Source: Deltaproteobacteria bacterium
GTDB lineage: Bacteria > Desulfobacterota > Desulfobacteria > Desulfobacterales > SURF-7
Direction of reading: 5' to 3'
Length of the DNA stretch: 45,772 nucleotides
NCBI GenBank assembly: GCA_019307665.1
Contig: JAFDJC010000001.1
Location: 1 to 45,772, forward strand
Positions 45,179-45,772 of this stretch are shown here, piece after piece (within the stretch, counting starts at the first letter, position 1; every line of letters begins with the position of its first letter). Position numbers and translations under genes: made by a program. The notes below the pieces were generated by a model. That model saw nothing but the letters and a program-made list of their open reading frames with translations, did no database searches and was not told the DNA's origin.

Positions 45179-45463
45179 TTATTCCCTGTTAATTTTATCT
45201 CTCAACTCTCCAGAACACCTAAAAATTATAACCCTACGAGCATCCAGCATCAGATCCTCACCAGTTGCTGGGTTGCGTCCTCTTCTTACCTTTTTCTCTT
45301 TTACGCAGAACTTGCCAAAACCTGAGATCATGATATCTTCACCTGATGCAAGTGTCTGTTTTATGATTTCCAGCAGGTCTTCCATCAGTTCATATGATTC
45401 AGTCCCTGAAAGTTTCAGTTGCTTCTGGATTGTGTCTGCTATTTGTGCCTTTGTTAGTGTCAT
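45179..45463 (-). CDS. ihfA: Integration host factor subunit alpha-like protein (HU/IHF family)
   Basis: LTKAQIAD..........S.ELMEDLLEIIKQTLASGEDIMISGFGKFCVKEKKVRRGRNPATGEDLMLDARRVIIFR aligns by eye with E. coli IhfA (...[37 protein letters not shown]). Confidence 0.85.
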   Translation of the reverse strand: MTLTKAQIADTIQKQLKLSGTESYELMEDLLEIIKQTLASGEDIMISGFGKFCVKEKKVRRGRNPATGEDLMLDARRVIIFRCSGELRDKINRE

Positions 45464-45522
45464 GGTTTCCCATCCTTGCCCCTTGAGAAATTGATTGTTG
45501 TAAGTTTGTAATATTTAAACCA

Positions 45523-45548
45523 GTATTATCAATTAACAATTGTGTCAA
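45523..45548 (-). promoter_or_regulatory. Putative ihfA promoter (TTGACA plus extended -10 TGATAATAC)
   Basis: The minus strand reads TTGACAcaattgttaatTGATAATAC, about 60 nt upstream of the ihfA ATG. The block is conserved in the deleted copy at 40022-40047. Confidence 0.35.
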
Positions 45549-45772
45549 GGAAATAAATGTGTTATAAGAGATACTTATTATAAGCATTGTTACAGAGGAT
45601 ATCACAATTGATCAGCGACTGTTATAACATCCGAATGACGACAATTAAAATTCCCGGAATTTATAGTGGTTGTCATAATAACGTTCCGTTTCCATGAAAG
45701 GGATTTATGCATTGGGTAACACCGGCAACTCGTTGCCGGTGCCCGAAGGGCAAGAAGCTGTTCTCAAAATTT

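Noticed and set aside
1-45772. CRISPR arrays, tRNA/rRNA genes, transposases, integrases, phage structural genes
   Set aside because: I looked for spaced direct repeats, tRNA-like T-loop motifs and recombinase motifs in the ORF track and the intergenic regions, and recognised none.

Overview
All calls were made by eye from the sequence and ORF track; no homology search, GC calculation or RNA folding was run. This is a 45.8-kb AT-rich chromosomal segment, roughly 40% GC by eye. It comes from a Gram-negative anaerobe. Many Fe-S, ferredoxin, nitroreductase and HdrB-like CCG proteins, plus LolC, LptE and SecDF, suggest a Desulfobacterota-type (deltaproteobacterial) organism; that is inference only.

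Positions 1-37,000 are mostly housekeeping genes:
- Envelope and export: mrcA, rarD, sppA, lolC/E-like, yajC-secD-secF, lptE.
- DNA, RNA and translation: dprA-topA, an RNase G/E-family gene, leuS, rpsT, and era (carrying an in-frame TAA).
- Metabolism and signalling: a DUF362 gene with a membrane polyferredoxin, an acyl-CoA ligase, a cyclophilin, a PAS hybrid histidine kinase and a thiolase.
- Two type II toxin-antitoxin pairs are embedded here: RelE/HigB-like with an HTH antitoxin, and HicB-HicA.

Positions 38,000-45,600 look accessory and partly decayed. They hold a truncated DUF1566-like gene, a higher-GC SGNH lipoprotein, an HNH endonuclease remnant and orphan redox genes. They also hold a diverged direct duplication of a cassette with ihfA followed by a lysine-rich histone-H1-like gene; the two copies bracket about 5 kb. 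In one copy ihfA was removed by a 259-bp deletion between ACCAGT microhomologies.

No rRNA, tRNA, CRISPR array, transposase or integrase was recognised. I see no clear-cut novel multi-gene system. The best candidates for follow-up are:
- the ihfA/H1-like module and the segment it brackets;
- the A16 tract inside the antitoxin gene;
- the interrupted era.
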